A stretch of 64,000 nucleotides of DNA, taken from assembly GCA_964016885.1 (NCBI GenBank), contig OZ024756.1:38006001-38070000 (forward strand), written 5' to 3'. Below are positions 43,673 through 59,498 of this stretch, piece by piece. The stretch's first letter is position 1. Each line of letters begins with the position of its first letter. Origin of the DNA: Eledone cirrhosa. Taxonomy: Eukaryota. Both the position numbers and the translations under genes were made by a program. The notes beneath the pieces were generated by a model that did no database searches, was not told where the DNA came from, and worked only from the letters and a program-made list of their open reading frames with translations.

Positions 43673-44029
43673 TTCAAATCTACATCATACGTTAAGAACA
43701 ACTAGCCCAGCCCCAATACAACCTCTTATTTAACGGCCGCACGTAAGTAAAATAAAACAAACCATGAGTACCCAAACTTCACCAAACTCTTATATAGTAA
43801 CTCCACATATTTATAAATATTATCAGCCTTAATATTCAATAATTTTATAATAAATCATTCGTAATTCTACAGCACGGCGTGTTTTCACGAGCGGATCACT
43901 ACCTATAACGTTTTATACTTAATCTTAGCGTCCGAAACGTTAAGACCCTCTTCCTGCTATATCAAGCGTTAAACTAATATATTCCTTCCATATACTGTAC
44001 TGATTGTGTTGTTATTTCTGTTTACCTTT

Positions 44030-44067
<38 letters not shown>

Positions 44068-44068
<1 letters not shown>

Positions 44069-44270
44069 GTTTTAATATAGATGAGATTCTACAGGACTAG
44101 AACTGTTTCATTCATTAGAAATCATCAGGAATCTCTGAGATTCCTGATGATTTCTAATGAATGAAACAGTTCTAGTCCTGTAGAATCTCATCTATATTAA
44201 AACTTTTATACTCTGCTATGTATTGAGTACCTTACTTACTGTGGTTACCTCCGATTCAACCCGGAATAAC

Positions 44271-44271
<1 letters not shown>
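44068..44271. mobile_element. Best-preserved family C element: perfect 68-bp-arm palindrome plus tail
   Basis: Arms 44068-44135 and 44137-44204, centre 44136; flanked by (TA)n. Confidence 0.9.
44137..44189 (+). ncRNA. Type I hammerhead ribozyme motif (mirror copy 44083-44135 on -)
   Basis: gagauuc CUGAUGA u-uuc uaau gaa-u GAAA cag uucuaguc cug UA gaaucuc: 7-bp stem I, paired stem III, GUA cleavage triplet. Confidence 0.88.
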
Positions 44272-44324
<53 letters not shown>

Positions 44325-44561
44325 ATAATAAATTTGAAGACTAAAATCCAAAGAGGGCTCGATAAGGATAAATATATATCAAATATATAAGAACCGTAGA
44401 GCCAATAGATTGGTGCTCTGAAATAGCGATGTATACATGAATGTATGTATAGTATATTTGGATATTTGGCAATATTCCGTATGTTTAATTAAAAACATTT
44501 AGAAGACCATTCGCTATCAGTTTTAAAGTAGTGACTATGTCACTTACTTATTTTCGGCTAA

Positions 44562-44606
<45 letters not shown>

Positions 44607-44974
44607 AAGTTGACATTTCATAATTTATTTCTTTTAATGAAAGAAGTAAATTATGGAATATTGACTTATACCTCTTGTTTATAAATTTACTCCGGAGTTA
44701 GCAGACCCTCTTGAGGACTTCGTTGAGTGCTCTACCCTGCATACTGAAGTGTTGGTGTTAAACTAACACATTATCTGATTTATACACACACACACACATA
44801 CACACACACATATATATATATATAACAAGCTTAATATAGAAATGACTTTTGCAAGACTAGAATTGTTTACACTCTACTAAAGTTTTGAGTACCTTACTTA
44901 CTGTAGTTATTCCCGTTTTAACCCGGGACTCACACATATGTATATATATATATATATATATATGTGTGTTGTAA

Positions 44975-45018
<44 letters not shown>

Positions 45019-45412
45019 TTACAACACAGGTTTTTTTTAGTATAAAAACATATTTGAATAAGTTGAGTGTCTAAGCCTCTATGGACGAAAAATATAGGAT
45101 AGTATAGAAGTGGTATTCGAACCCACACCTGCCGTATACCGGGCAGCTACGCTACCATTGCATCATTTACCCACAAAAGCTTATATATACAAGCTATTCA
45201 ACTAATTTCCATGATCCAAAAGAACCCTGCGTTGTAGCAGCTTACAAGTCAGTATACTTTCAAACATTCAGATTTACTCAACGCTTCGCAAATATGAACC
45301 AGATTTTAAAAACAATAAGTGTTGGGGTCGATACGATCAACTAAATCCCTTCAAAGCGTTGCCCCATCATGACCGCTGTCCAATGATTGAAACCAGTAAA
45401 AATATATACACA

Positions 45413-45513
45413 CAGGGTGTCCCGCCAAAATGAATACATACTTTGATTACCAGTTTTGGCAATATTTATTAGAATGCTGTTGAAGTGTGTATACATTTTT
45501 GGGGGACATCCTG
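45413..45513. mobile_element. ~100-bp Tc1/mariner-type MITE
   Basis: TIRs cagggtgtccc / gggacatcctg followed by TA. Confidence 0.8.
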
Positions 45514-45530
45514 TATTTATTATTTTATTA

Positions 45531-45761
45531 GTGGTGGATTGGCAGTATCGGTAGAGGGTCGGACGCCATGCTAGGGTGGTGGATTGGCAGTATCGGTAGA
45601 GGGTCGGACGCCATGCTTTGCAGCACTGTTACGTCCCTTTACGGACTGAGTTCAAATTCCGCCGAAGTTAACTTTACCTTTCATCCTTATGGGGTCGATA
45701 GAATAAAGTACCAGTAATGTACTGGGTAATTGCTGGCCTTGTGCCAAAGGTAGAAACAATT
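45531..45761 (+). mobile_element. SINE S1 with duplicated 5' head and TSD attattttatta
   Basis: gtggtggattggcagtatcggtagagggtcggacgccatgct occurs twice in tandem. Confidence 0.9.
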
Positions 45762-46063
45762 ATTTTATTAAGGTCCAATGGTGTTCCAAAGCGACCCCAC
45801 CCCACAATCGTTTGTGTTTCGGACAAAATGCCTTGTGCTATATTATTGTACATTACATTTCTAAGTTCAAGTCTTAGCGTTGTCATAGTACCAGTCAAAT
45901 ACTGACGTCAACTTAATCGACTTCGCCACCACACCACTCCACTACGCCACTCCACCACACCCCCGCGGCAAATGTCTAGACCTGTGCCAAAGTTAGAAAC
46001 AATTGTTTATTTAAAATTAAAAGAATTATTTTCATACAGTGTATTATATTTTTAAACAGTCAG

Positions 46064-46131
<68 letters not shown>

Positions 46132-47052
46132 AATAAATGTAAAACAACCAGATATGATGACGTACAATACAGATATATATTAGAGCACAAGTCCAGTGAA
46201 ATCCATACAGACTCCGAATAATTTCGTCTCATTTCAATTGTGTTAACGGTTTTGAAAATTGTCTGATTTTCTGCCTCTTAAAACTGCCAGATGTATGATG
46301 AACATTATATATTCCACATGGACCTCAGGTAGAATTTTGTTTATAGTATTTCATTGCGGCTCTTTGCGCTCTCAGTTTAAATGCCACCGAGACCAATTTT
46401 ACCTTTAATTCTTCTTTCCCTCTCTAGAGAAGAAATCAGCCGAGGTTAAACCTGCGAAAAATATGGCTGCCACAAATGTTTAAATGCCCCCCCCCCCCAC
46501 CCTAAAACATGCCGTATAAACACGAAGGCGCCCCTACGATTTCATTAAGAACTAAGTGATTAGTTTTGATTGTAGCCATGCTGTGGAATCTCCTTAATAT
46601 TGCTCCTGTTTCTACAGGCAGCATTCTGTGGTGAACAAGAGGCTTTTATAGCATTCTTCTATTTATTGATTCTTGATACGAATTGACATTATCTAGGATG
46701 TCAGACAATAAAAGGTCCAGGTGTGTGTTGAATATATTTACACCCGTTTCTCATGGTATTTTGACAAGGTATTGTTGCTGCCTGGGTATTTCTTCGTGTC
46801 CTAGGCTAACTCTATATTGTGCGCTCTTTTCTCTCAGTTAGGCAACCAATTACCCCCACCCCCACCCCCACCCCCCAACATACACACAAAAAAAAATATT
46901 TCCAACTTAAATTTCTTGCTTTGACCACATTGAGAAAATCACGAAGCCTGCTATTTCTACTACACAGTCCACAATCACCCATGTGACGATCCATAATAAC
47001 ATCATACGACCTTTTCCGCCGTTTTGGATATATCCACACACACACACACACA

Positions 47053-47607
<555 letters not shown>

Positions 47608-47914
47608 ATCATCATTTTACGTTCGCTTATGTATATATATATGTATATATATATGTATATATATATGTATATATCAAGTAAAACAACGGAGTAAAGGACT
47701 CGCGTTTATGCCTGTTTTTTCTTCTTCTCTATATTATAGTTAAATATATATTTTTTTATACTCAGGCCTTTTTTCTGTTTCTTCTTTATGATCCCGTGTC
47801 TATTTTGTACCCCTGAAGAAGGAGTTAAGCCCCACACGTCGCACTTTCGTTCCTATTTCCAATATAAAGCGTGAAACTAATAAGACTTTTGTACCTCTGT
47901 GTATTGTCTCCTTG

Positions 47915-47968
<54 letters not shown>

Positions 47969-48066
47969 CGAGTAGGATATTAATATATAATATACATTAA
48001 TTACAATAGTGTTATGGGATATATATATATATGCGCGCGTATGTGTATGTGTATATATATGTATAC

Positions 48067-48100
<34 letters not shown>

Positions 48101-48130
48101 CACAGTGTGCAAAATGTCAATAATAATAAT

Positions 48131-48250
48131 AATTGTTTCTACTTTTGGAACAAGGCCAGCAATTATCCCAGTGCATTACTGGTACTTTATTTTATCGATC
48201 CCGTAAGGATGAAAGGCAGAGCTAACCTCGCGGGAATTGAACTCAGACTA
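48131..48250 (-). mobile_element. SINE S1, truncated
   Basis: Reverse complement of the S1 3' two-thirds, inside an (AAT)n tract. Confidence 0.9.
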
Positions 48251-48664
48251 TAATAATGATAATAATAACATGAATTGAAAAATAAATACTTCTGATTTAG
48301 GCCCAAGACCAACAATTTTGGAAATAATAAAAAATCAAAGAACGATTCCATGTCCAAACCAAATTTATTATTTTATTAATCATCAACTCACTAACTTTAG
48401 ATGACGTTAACAATCTCCAACTCCTCTCACCTTTACCTCCCGCCATTGCCTCATTCTTCTTGTTCACACACACATACACACACACACTCACACTCTCTCT
48501 CTCACACGCACACACATATTTTTCGTTCGTTTTTTTTCCTTATAATTGTCGTCTGATTTAACGAAAGAGGCTGGAAACCAGCAAAATTAAACAAAATAGA
48601 ATTTAAAAAAAAATGATGCAGTAGAAAAATGAAGCAAACCTGTAACAAAAGAAAGAGAGAGAGG

Positions 48665-48734
<70 letters not shown>

Positions 48735-49236
48735 CCAAAGAAGGAAAAAGAAGGCAAGAAAGCGATTGAGGAAGAAAAAAAAAACGAAGATATGACAGGA
48801 AAAATCTTATTTATAAATAAATAGTGAAACAAAAATACAAGTAAAAGAAAAGATAAGAAAGAAAGAAAGACAGACAGAAAAAGAAAGAAAGATCGGAAGA
48901 ATGGGAGTAGTGAAAAAGAAAAAGAAAAAGAAAAAGAAGAAATAGAAGTATATTTATGACGTCATAACGACGGCGTATTTAGTTCGGCAGAAGACGTGAA
49001 GAGATATGAAGTTTTTTTTAACTTGTTCCTGAGGTCTGTATATCCAGATAAGTTTGCTGTGGGTTTTTTTTTAATCTTTATCTTAAGATTTTCATATTAC
49101 ACATACATACATACACTCTTCCATAAATCTCTCTTTCACTCCCCCTATATGTATGTATATATGTATGTATGTATGGGTGTGTGCAATTAGTTAACGTTTG
49201 AAAGTTTTAAGTACAATAGTATTTTAAACACACACT

Positions 49237-49306
<70 letters not shown>

Positions 49307-49336
49307 TGAGATATGAAATTTCGTTTCATTTTTTCC

Positions 49337-49384
<48 letters not shown>

Positions 49385-49580
49385 ATGTATGTGTTATAAT
49401 ATAATTGTGTTTTAAATTAATTTGAGAGAAGAACAGTGACGAAAAGAAACATGGCGGCTGAAAAGTAAAAATGTCCGAACGAAGATACTCTAAAAGAATA
49501 TTCGCGCCAAAAATATGAGGAAAACTCACCCCCACCCCGTTCTTGCTTTCTTCTTATTCTCATTCCATTTTTAAGCTGTG

Positions 49581-49622
<42 letters not shown>

Positions 49623-49969
49623 TTACACTACTCCGGAGTAACCAAACCAACCTGCGCACTTCGTCGAGTGCTCCAGCCTGCATACAGAGGTGTTGGTATA
49701 CAACCTACATAAACTCTAAATCTCTCTATATATATGGAAAAGAATGAAACGAAATTTCATTTCTCACTTATATATATATATATATATATATATGAAAACA
49801 TTCAGGATCCCGACGGCTGAGCTCCGACTGTTTCGACAATATATATATTGCACATATGCGTATGTTAATGTTTGGTTATAGATTTATAGGTATAAAGAAT
49901 GACAACCATTTACTCATGGGGTAACTGCATGTATATACAAGAGTATAATTTATTGTTATATGTATCTTG

Positions 49970-49991
49970 GTTGCCTCGGATACTAGTCTAT

Positions 49992-50055
<64 letters not shown>

Positions 50056-50241
50056 GTCAAGACTCTTTTCTTGCTATATCAAGCGTTAAACTAATATATA
50101 TCTTCCTTGCATATATCTTCCTTGTCGTGTTGTTATATATATATATGCGAAATGTAAACGGGAAACAACACGACAAACGATACAGTGCAAGGAAGATATA
50201 TATTAGTTTAACGCTTGATATAGCAAGAAAAGAGTCTTGAC

Positions 50242-50289
<48 letters not shown>

Positions 50290-50314
50290 TTGATAGACTA
50301 GTATCCGAGGCAAC
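49970..50314. mobile_element. Large inverted duplication containing family E tails
   Basis: gttgcctcggatactagtctatcaaaat-(TA)n-cacgtcaagactcttttc... is mirrored on the right side. Confidence 0.85.
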
Positions 50315-50320
50315 GGATAC

Positions 50321-50371
<51 letters not shown>

Positions 50372-50519
50372 TCTAGAAATTGATTGACATATTAATATAT
50401 TTAAAATAAACACATGAAACAATCACAGGGGATAATTTGTAAAGTGTGTAATCACACACAGCTAGGTAGGTAACTAATTAAAGTTTAACTAGAGCTTCAA
50501 ATATTACCTTTTATTTCGG

Positions 50520-50599
<80 letters not shown>

Positions 50600-50871
50600 T
50601 TTCCTATACGATTGTATCTCTGGTGCAACCAACAGGTAATATATATGTATGTGTGTGCATTATATAGAAATATATGTTGAATGTAAGTTAAATTTCTCAA
50701 TCAATAAATGTCCTTTTCCAAACGTTTTACTGTCTTTCCAATTAAGAACCTTTTTGCAGCCTTAATATAAAGGGGCTGCCAGAATGGGCTCCATCTTAAG
50801 AATTACACTATTTTTCAGAAGTGCACTATGTTTATATTTAATTTGGGAAATTTCCTTTTAAATTTTTAAAT

Positions 50872-51297
50872 TTCAACCCTTTCATGTCAACATTTTTAAC
50901 TAAATACTTTACCTATTTTACAATTAATTTTGAAAATAATCAAACATTTCAAAGGACTCACTAAGTAAAATAACTTTCTTATTAGTAAGTTGGTATTTGG
51001 AACATAACTTAACGAATGTTCTTATATTAAATTATGATGGAAGGATTTTAGGCATTAACATTGTAACACTTTCCTTATATTTTCTTTGCCGATGATTTGA
51101 AAAGAATTATGAATTTGGAAGGACTTAGTAAACTATGTAAGTTTCTCAATTGACTTTTGGAACATAACTTAACTAAGGTTATTTGATAGAATTATGATTG
51201 AATGTATACATTTTACATATAAACAATCTCAAGGAGATAGATTTGTTTCGTAGAGACACGGCTGGTCTTAGGCAAGTCGATATCGAAATGGTTAATG
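50872..51297 (+). mobile_element. piggyBac-type MITE with internal duplication
   Basis: aaccctttc... to ...gatatcgaaatggTTAA. Confidence 0.6.
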
Positions 51298-51382
51298 TTT
51301 AAAGTCTAAAACCCTATCGAATACGATATATTATCGTTAACGTAAAGGAGAAAATAAAATTCGATCTACAAGCAATCGTTAT

Positions 51383-51448
<66 letters not shown>

Positions 51449-51494
51449 ACATATACATATATATATATATATATACATATATATACATATATAT

Positions 51495-51618
<124 letters not shown>

Positions 51619-51628
51619 TTACATATAC

Positions 51629-51660
<32 letters not shown>

Positions 51661-51678
51661 TTACATATATATATTTAC

Positions 51679-51740
<62 letters not shown>

Positions 51741-51750
51741 TTACATATAC

Positions 51751-51782
<32 letters not shown>

Positions 51783-51895
51783 TTACATATACATATATAT
51801 ATATATATTTACATATACATATATATATATATTTACATATACATATATATATATATATACATATATATACATATATATACATATATATATATATA

Positions 51896-51971
<76 letters not shown>

Positions 51972-52060
51972 AAAGTATAAATCGAGTTAGAAACTCAGAA
52001 TTGTCCCTTACAATTAATATATGTATATATCTGTGTTTATCTCTCTTTATTATATTAAAT

Positions 52061-52145
<85 letters not shown>

Positions 52146-52904
52146 TTTTATTCTGTAACTGTGGTGGATAGGCTGGGGCCCCACCTTGATTTAATCCATC
52201 ATATCGACCTGAATACATTTTTCAAACCTGTTCCTTATTTTATCGATCTTTTCTGTCGAACTGTTATGTTACGAGATATAATGAAAGAGCCAGAGGCAAG
52301 TGTAAACCTGAACACATACATACACATATATTACAACTTTATGCATGTCCTCTTTTATTTCAACGTGTATAGATGTTTAACTCCTTTGATACCAAACCGA
52401 TTTTATAAAATCCTCAATTTTTTTAATCATTTTGAAAACTGTCTGAAAGTGATAGGTAGTGCCTTTCAAAAATATGGCAATGAAAGGGTTAACTAAATTC
52501 TACTCTGATAATTTATCTGGTGCTAACGATTCAGTCCCTACACAGTTCCTTTTCCTCGGAATTTCATCATCAAATGTTAATGTACATTAAATTTCATATA
52601 TCTACATACCTAAGTTTCCGAGCATGTATGTATACATGCATTTGTTTTCACTATAGGCGTTATGTTTGCTTCAGCCTTTTCCTTTCTATATTTTTAATGA
52701 AAGGCTGTGGTTTTCAAATAATTTTGAAAATAATTAAGAATCTGGACTGATTTCTCATTATTTATCGGGTGTTCGGGACATAACTTAATCGAGGTTCTTA
52801 CATGGAGTTATGATGGCATATTTTTAGATAAATATAAACATTATAGAATAAGCAATTTTGCATCATAGAATCAGTGCCTAAAGTTGAAATTAATAATGAT
52901 AATA

Positions 52905-53152
52905 ATTGTTTCTAATAATTGTGCCTAAAGTAGGCACAAGGCCAGCAATTTAAAGGGGAAGGGAAAGTCGATTAAATTTACCCCAGTGCGTGACTGGTAC
53001 TTTATTTTATCGACCCCGTAAGGATGAAAGGCAAAGTTAACCTTGGCGGGATTTGAACTCAGATCGTAAACGGCCGTAAACTATGCTGCAAAGCATATTG
53101 TCCGACGCTCTACCGATACTGCTAATCCACGGCCCTTAATATTAATAATAAT
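52905..53152 (-). mobile_element. SINE S1, longer subfamily
   Basis: Full head to tail on -. Confidence 0.88.
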
Positions 53153-54354
53153 AGATAAATAAATAAATAAAATGAATAAATAAGGATTTCTGATTTAATA
53201 AATAAATAAATAAATAATAATTAAATCAATAATAAAGAGATCATTATGTCGAACCTACTACTGTATTTGATGTAATCAACTTCCCCTTCGCTTTATACCT
53301 ACAGTCGGAGATTTATTTAAATGGAAGTTTTTCTTCTATATATAAACAGATATCTAGGTGGTCAAATTAGCTAGAACAAGGGTTTCCAAAGTGATCCCAT
53401 GACATTTTAATATCACCAATAATCCCAATTTTTCACGAACATTTGGCTGTGAAAAAAGGGGCCCTCCAAAAATTGTATACACACTTTGATTACTTGTACT
53501 GGCAATATTTATTAGAATGTTGTTGAAGTGTGTATACATTGCTTTGGGACCCCCTGTATATTTTTGAGATCTAACAAATTAGACACATAACTGTTTGACG
53601 CGTAGTATGATATATAATTATTTATATATCAGGGAATTGAATTTGTTTAATAAAGTGACTTGATTTGAAAAAAAAGAGTGTTGAAATTGAAGCAATTACA
53701 TTGTAGAATTGTAATGTTAATCATACACACACACACACACACATATATATACACACGCACATATTTTTAATTTTCATTGTTTGACGCCAGAAGAGATCTC
53801 CCGCCCATTTTGGATAAAGCTTTCATTATATAAAATCTCCCCATTTTGCTTCATTTCTCCCTGTTTTAGGGCACTTTCTTTCATGGTAGTTTCGGTTTGG
53901 GTTTTTAAAGGTTGGCAGGTCTGTAAATGATTAATGTAAAGTCAGCTTAATAGTTTTTCTGCGTTTTCTAAGTCGCTACAATGATTCTTCTTCAGTATAA
54001 ATTGAAAATTGCTGTACTTAGGAAAAAGTTAATGGTAACCTGCGTATATGTGTGATGCTGGAATTTATTCAGCTGAAACTATATATAACACCAAAATTAC
54101 TTATTATTTCGTGTCAGTAACAAAATTTAAACGTGTCACGAAAAATTACATTTTTTTTTAAGTTTCGCCCATATGAAAAGTTTGTAAATGCCTAAAGTAG
54201 GCAACAGTGTGAACTCTGAGATTTGAAAGTTTGAAGAACGAATGAAGTTATTCCTTCAGTTTTAGTTAATGCATCAAAAACTTCTACATATTATTTTATA
54301 GTTCCATATATTGTGAAAAATACAACTTAAAGTTTAGAATTTTATATTTTTCAG

Positions 54355-54433
54355 ACTAAAACCAAAACACATTCAATGTTCCTGTCGAAAATTGTTCCTA
54401 CAAAATTTGTAAACTAGACCTTGAAGCCCTAAG
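54355..54433 (+). other. Candidate non-coding or UTR exon
   Basis: ttttatatttttcAG|...AAG|GTAGGT; stops in all three frames; a second acceptor tttttctacAG at ~54622. Confidence 0.3.
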
Positions 54434-55011
54434 GTAGGTTCCTTTTTTTTCTTTTGGTTATATAATCTTAATTTTTATCGTTGTGTTGTTCTATTTTATT
54501 ATAATTTTATTATAATAGAGTCAATTAAAAGAAACTGAACTATCGTACTTAAATGTTGAAGTATCAGACTTGATTTAATCAATGTCTCTTTATTTTATTT
54601 ATTTAAATGAATTTTTCTACAGACTCCAGACTTTTGAAAAGTCTGTCAACTTAACAAGCTGATTCTTTCAATTGAAAGATATATTTAACTGAGCATTCAA
54701 TTAAATAAGTGGCAGTATTAAACAAAAACTTTGTTTAATGAGATGGTTGATGGTCCTTTGTTGAGAATACGTTCTAAAGTTCATCTAAAAATAGAATATT
54801 TCGAATTTTTAAAGTTCGTTTGTATTACATATTAACTGCAATTTCTTAAAGGTTTTAACCTAACGAAGTTAACTCACCTAGTACTAACTACCCTTTTGGA
54901 ACTCCTAGTACTAACTTTGTGGACTCGAGGGGCGTGTAAACCACAGTTTGGGCACTGTTAGCATACGACATACATATTTATGAATAATTCTCACTTTCAT
55001 CCTAATTTTCA

Positions 55012-55405
55012 AATTGTTTTAGAAAGAGAATTAATATATTCATATGAAAGAAAAAACAACATACAATAACTGACTAATTCGTATACGAAGCTATTAGGCA
55101 AATTTAAAATTTTGCTATTATGTAGATAAACTAGTTTATATATACTAGTCGAATAAGTCGAGTAAATTACTTATGGAGTAAATTACTGTCGCGGGTGGCA
55201 CTGTCCACCATTTCCTCCTCTCCAAGTATTTTACCCGACTGAATCGACTAGTATTTATACTAGTTCATCTGCATTGTGGCGGCTTTACAAAAAAAGCAAA
55301 AAGATTTTCAAAATTTTAAATTGAATCACTATCATTGTTAAATATCTTTATTGTATGTTCTTTTGTTTTTCTTCATCTGAATATATTCTCTTTCTAAAAC
55401 TTTTT
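55012..55405. repeat. Old, diverged long palindrome (MITE-like)
   Basis: ttttagaaagagaat...tgtagataaactagt...tactagtcga is mirrored by tcgactagta...actagttcatctgca...attctctttctaaaa. Confidence 0.7.
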
Positions 55406-55597
55406 TCTTCCGTTTAATTTCCGTAAAACATTACTAAATATATAAGTTGCATTAGGGTGGCTTTTAAAAAACAAACAGATTATCAAATATGTTTTTAATA
55501 AATTATATTAAAACCCACTTTAGTTTGTGGAAGCGTTGGGTTTCTTAAAACCGACTTTGGGAAAGAGAAACTTCAGTTAGTCGTTATGAAGAAAGAA

Positions 55598-55815
55598 AGG
55601 GCAGTGGATAAACAGAATTATTAGAGTGTTGGACAAAATGTTTTGCGGTATTTCGTTACGACTTTCTACGTTCTGATTTCAAATCCCGCCGAGATCCTCT
55701 TTGCCGTTCATTCTTTGGGGGTCGATAAAATAAAATACCAGTTACATACTTTGGTTGATAAAATCAACTTTTCCCTTACCCTAAATTGTTAGCCTTGTGC
55801 CAATGTTAGAAATAA
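55598..55815 (+). mobile_element. Older S1-type SINE
   Basis: ttcaaatcccgccgag...ggggtcgataaaataaaatacc...gccttgtgccaatgttagaaa. Confidence 0.8.
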
Positions 55816-56595
55816 CTATGAAGACATCTAACATACATCAAGTGTATGTATGTCAGTTTGTCTGTACGTGAGTATGTGAATGTTTTAGTGTGCACGCATG
55901 TCTATGCATGTGTTTTTGTTTTTGCGTGTATGGCATCTTGGGGCTCAGCCTAGTGAGTGAAATTAGGTAAACAGAAACTGTTTGGAAGCCTATCTTTTGG
56001 ACAGTATCCGTAATTAAAAATGTCAGACTTGTCACATACGTTAAGGATAGGACATGCCTATAGAATACTCAGCAAGTTTCACTAAAATAAAAGATGGACC
56101 TTACCAGTAATTCAAACGATTAGCGTTGTCACACACTCTGACTTTGAATCTCCCTGAGAATTAATCTAAGAATACACGCACGTGCCTGTACAATACTCAA
56201 CAACTTGCATTGAAATACAAGGTGTATCTTACCTGTAATTTAAAGGACTAGCTTTGAGACTATGTCACACTAATTCTCTCTGAAAATTACGTTAAAGATT
56301 CACGTATCCGTGGAATACTCAGCAAATTACACATTAATTGCCTGAACACTCATCGTTGAACCCGACGAAGGTCCATTCCACTCTAATACAAGGTCATCTG
56401 TAATGAATACACAATGCAATGTATTACATTAAATGACATTTATTAGGATACTTTTCTGCAAATATTTCATGCTGTGTATAGTATTTCGACCATTGCTTTC
56501 AATTAGCGATACACGATACAACCTTCCGTTTTTTCTTAATTCCATTGTGAGTATATCTTTAATGAAATATATCGCCTATAAGTATCACATTATGC

Positions 56596-56856
56596 TTAAC
56601 CCTTTTGATACCAACCCGTTTGAAAGTGACACTGGTTCTCCCACAAAAAATTGTTTGTTTAAATTAAAAAAAAATATTTTTCTATACACATTCTGCCATG
56701 ATTTTATGTAAGAACCTTTATATTCCAAAACCCAGCTTGATAATGAGAAAATAAGTTAGTTATATGTTAAATTCCCCCAGATTCATGATTATTTTCAATA
56801 TGATTTGAAGTCAAAGGCAATATCTTTCATTAGAGATAAAGTAACAAAGCAGTTAA
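56596..56856 (-). mobile_element. piggyBac-type MITE
   Basis: TTAAcccttttgatacc ... gtaacaaagcagTTAA. Confidence 0.65.
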
Positions 56857-57178
56857 GGGTTTTTCTTAGTTTATTTATTATTTTTTACGATGATGTTTGG
56901 CGTATAACTTAATTTTAGATATAAAAACTCCAAAACTACAATTTTTCTGCCATAAAACCAAGGTTATTTCTAGTGTGTTGGTATCAAATGGGTAATATAA
57001 GAGAAGAAAGCTGTAGCGGTGACCTCTGATAGAGTGGGAGATACAATGGAGAAGAAAAACACATATTCTGGAGTGTGGACTTGTGTGGTTGGATTTAATA
57101 GGGCCATATGAGGAAGACATTCACACACGCACGCACTACACTCATGTATATATGCAAGTATGTATGTATGTATGTATG

Positions 57179-57212
<34 letters not shown>

Positions 57213-57252
57213 TGTATGTATGAGTGTGTATGTGTATACATATACACGTATG

Positions 57253-57434
<182 letters not shown>

Positions 57435-57453
57435 CATATATATATATACATAC

Positions 57454-57523
<70 letters not shown>

Positions 57524-57778
57524 GTATATATACATACATATATATATATATGTATATATACATACATATATATATATATATATACGTATTTGTGCATGTA
57601 TACAAGTATGTATATAATGTATATTGTTATCTTTGCATGTGTATCAGTGATTTAGCCATGCCAAAAAGCCATTATATCTCTCTATCTCCCCATCATCACA
57701 TATCACATGAACAACACCAACAACATCATCAAACATTAACTCTCCTTTATTATTGCCGTCTTCTATTGTTTTATATGC

Positions 57779-57896
<118 letters not shown>

Positions 57897-58034
57897 CCCA
57901 GGTTCAATCGGGGGTAACCACAGTAAGTAAGGTACTTGTCTAACTCTTTATAGCCTAGTGGTGAGACATAGGACTAGGGAATGCCGTGGTTGGCTTTCGA
58001 ATCAACTATATTATATATATATATATATATATGT

Positions 58035-58223
58035 GGTTTTTACAGGACTAGAACTGTTTCATTCGAAGGAAATCATAAGGAAAACCTTGGATTCTCCTGA
58101 TGATTTCCTTCGAATGAAACGGCTCTAGTCCTGTAAAAGCCATTTCTTTTAATAAATTTGTTGTTTACACTCAACTAATATATTGGATATCTTACTGTGG
58201 TTACCTCCGATTGAACCCAGGAT
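58035..58223. mobile_element. Family C fold-back element (extra tail fragment at 57895-57937)
   Basis: Inverted arms around ~58087; CUGAUGA at 58097-58103, then GAAA cgg cucuaguc cug UA. Confidence 0.85.
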
Positions 58224-58367
<144 letters not shown>

Positions 58368-58621
58368 ATGAACAACCGGTTGACTTAAACAAAAAATTGA
58401 AACGTAATCGTCCCAAAGTAAACGACTATAATAAGAAAAGTCAATCTCTATAAATAATTAAGACAATCGAGTAACGTAGTCTTGGAGACGGGAGAAGATT
58501 GACATAGGATAACATTGGTCTTAGAAGGGATGCAACGTGGACATTTTAGATAAAGTAGCTCGTCCTGATTCTGTAAAGAATTTAGCCAAGCCATCCCTCA
58601 TTGATTGGTACTTTTTTAAAT

Positions 58622-58811
58622 AATTGTTTCTACTTTTGTCACAAGGCTAGCAATTACCCAGTGCATTACTGGTACTTTATTTTATCGACCCCGTAAGAAT
58701 GAAAGGCAAAGTTAACCTCGGCGGGATTTGAATTCAGAATGGCAAGGGCCGTAACTCTATGCGTCAAAGCATGGCGTCCGACCCTCTACCGATACTGCCA
58801 ATCCACCGCCA
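58622..58811 (-). mobile_element. SINE S1, full length
   Basis: Close reverse complement of 42784-42968. Confidence 0.92.
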
Positions 58812-59459
58812 CCTCATGTCCCACACCAAATATCTTCTCGAAGTCAAGTGAATATTATTTCAAGTGGACATTTTCTCATTTAGTCGTGGACATTAATAAT
58901 TTATGGCGGTGAAGTGGCAAGGTTGTGCACACGTCGGATAGAATAATTTGGTAGAGTTCGTTCTGGTTCATCTCCGCGCCCTCGTTTCAAATAGTGACGA
59001 GGACAAGTTTATTTTTAATATTTTCGAAGTCGATAAATAAAGTACCAGTTCAGTACTGGGGTCGATTCCCCCCACCCCTCTCTCGTTCCCTCCTCTATCT
59101 CTCGTTTTATACCACATTTATACCACATGGATTGGAGCCGTAATCCCAAAAGCCGACCTTGTCAAACATACACATAAATACATGCACACATACATGCATG
59201 CATACATACACACATACATATATACTTACATATATACATACATATATAAATAAATACACACACACACACACATATATATATGTATATATGTAGATATATA
59301 TATACATGTTTATATTATATATATACATAGTATATATACATATATATGTATATATATTATATATTATATATATATATGTATATACATAAATTATATAAAT
59401 ATATATACTTATACAGTTATATATAATATATGTATTTATATATATTATATATATATATT

Positions 59460-59498
<39 letters not shown>

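Noticed and set aside
47805-47845. CUGAAGA hammerhead start
   Set aside because: GAAA is absent and the stems are weak.
53920-54120. Box C/D snoRNA candidates (TGAT...CTGA)
   Set aside because: No clean RTGATGA box with terminal stem or recognisable rRNA antisense element.
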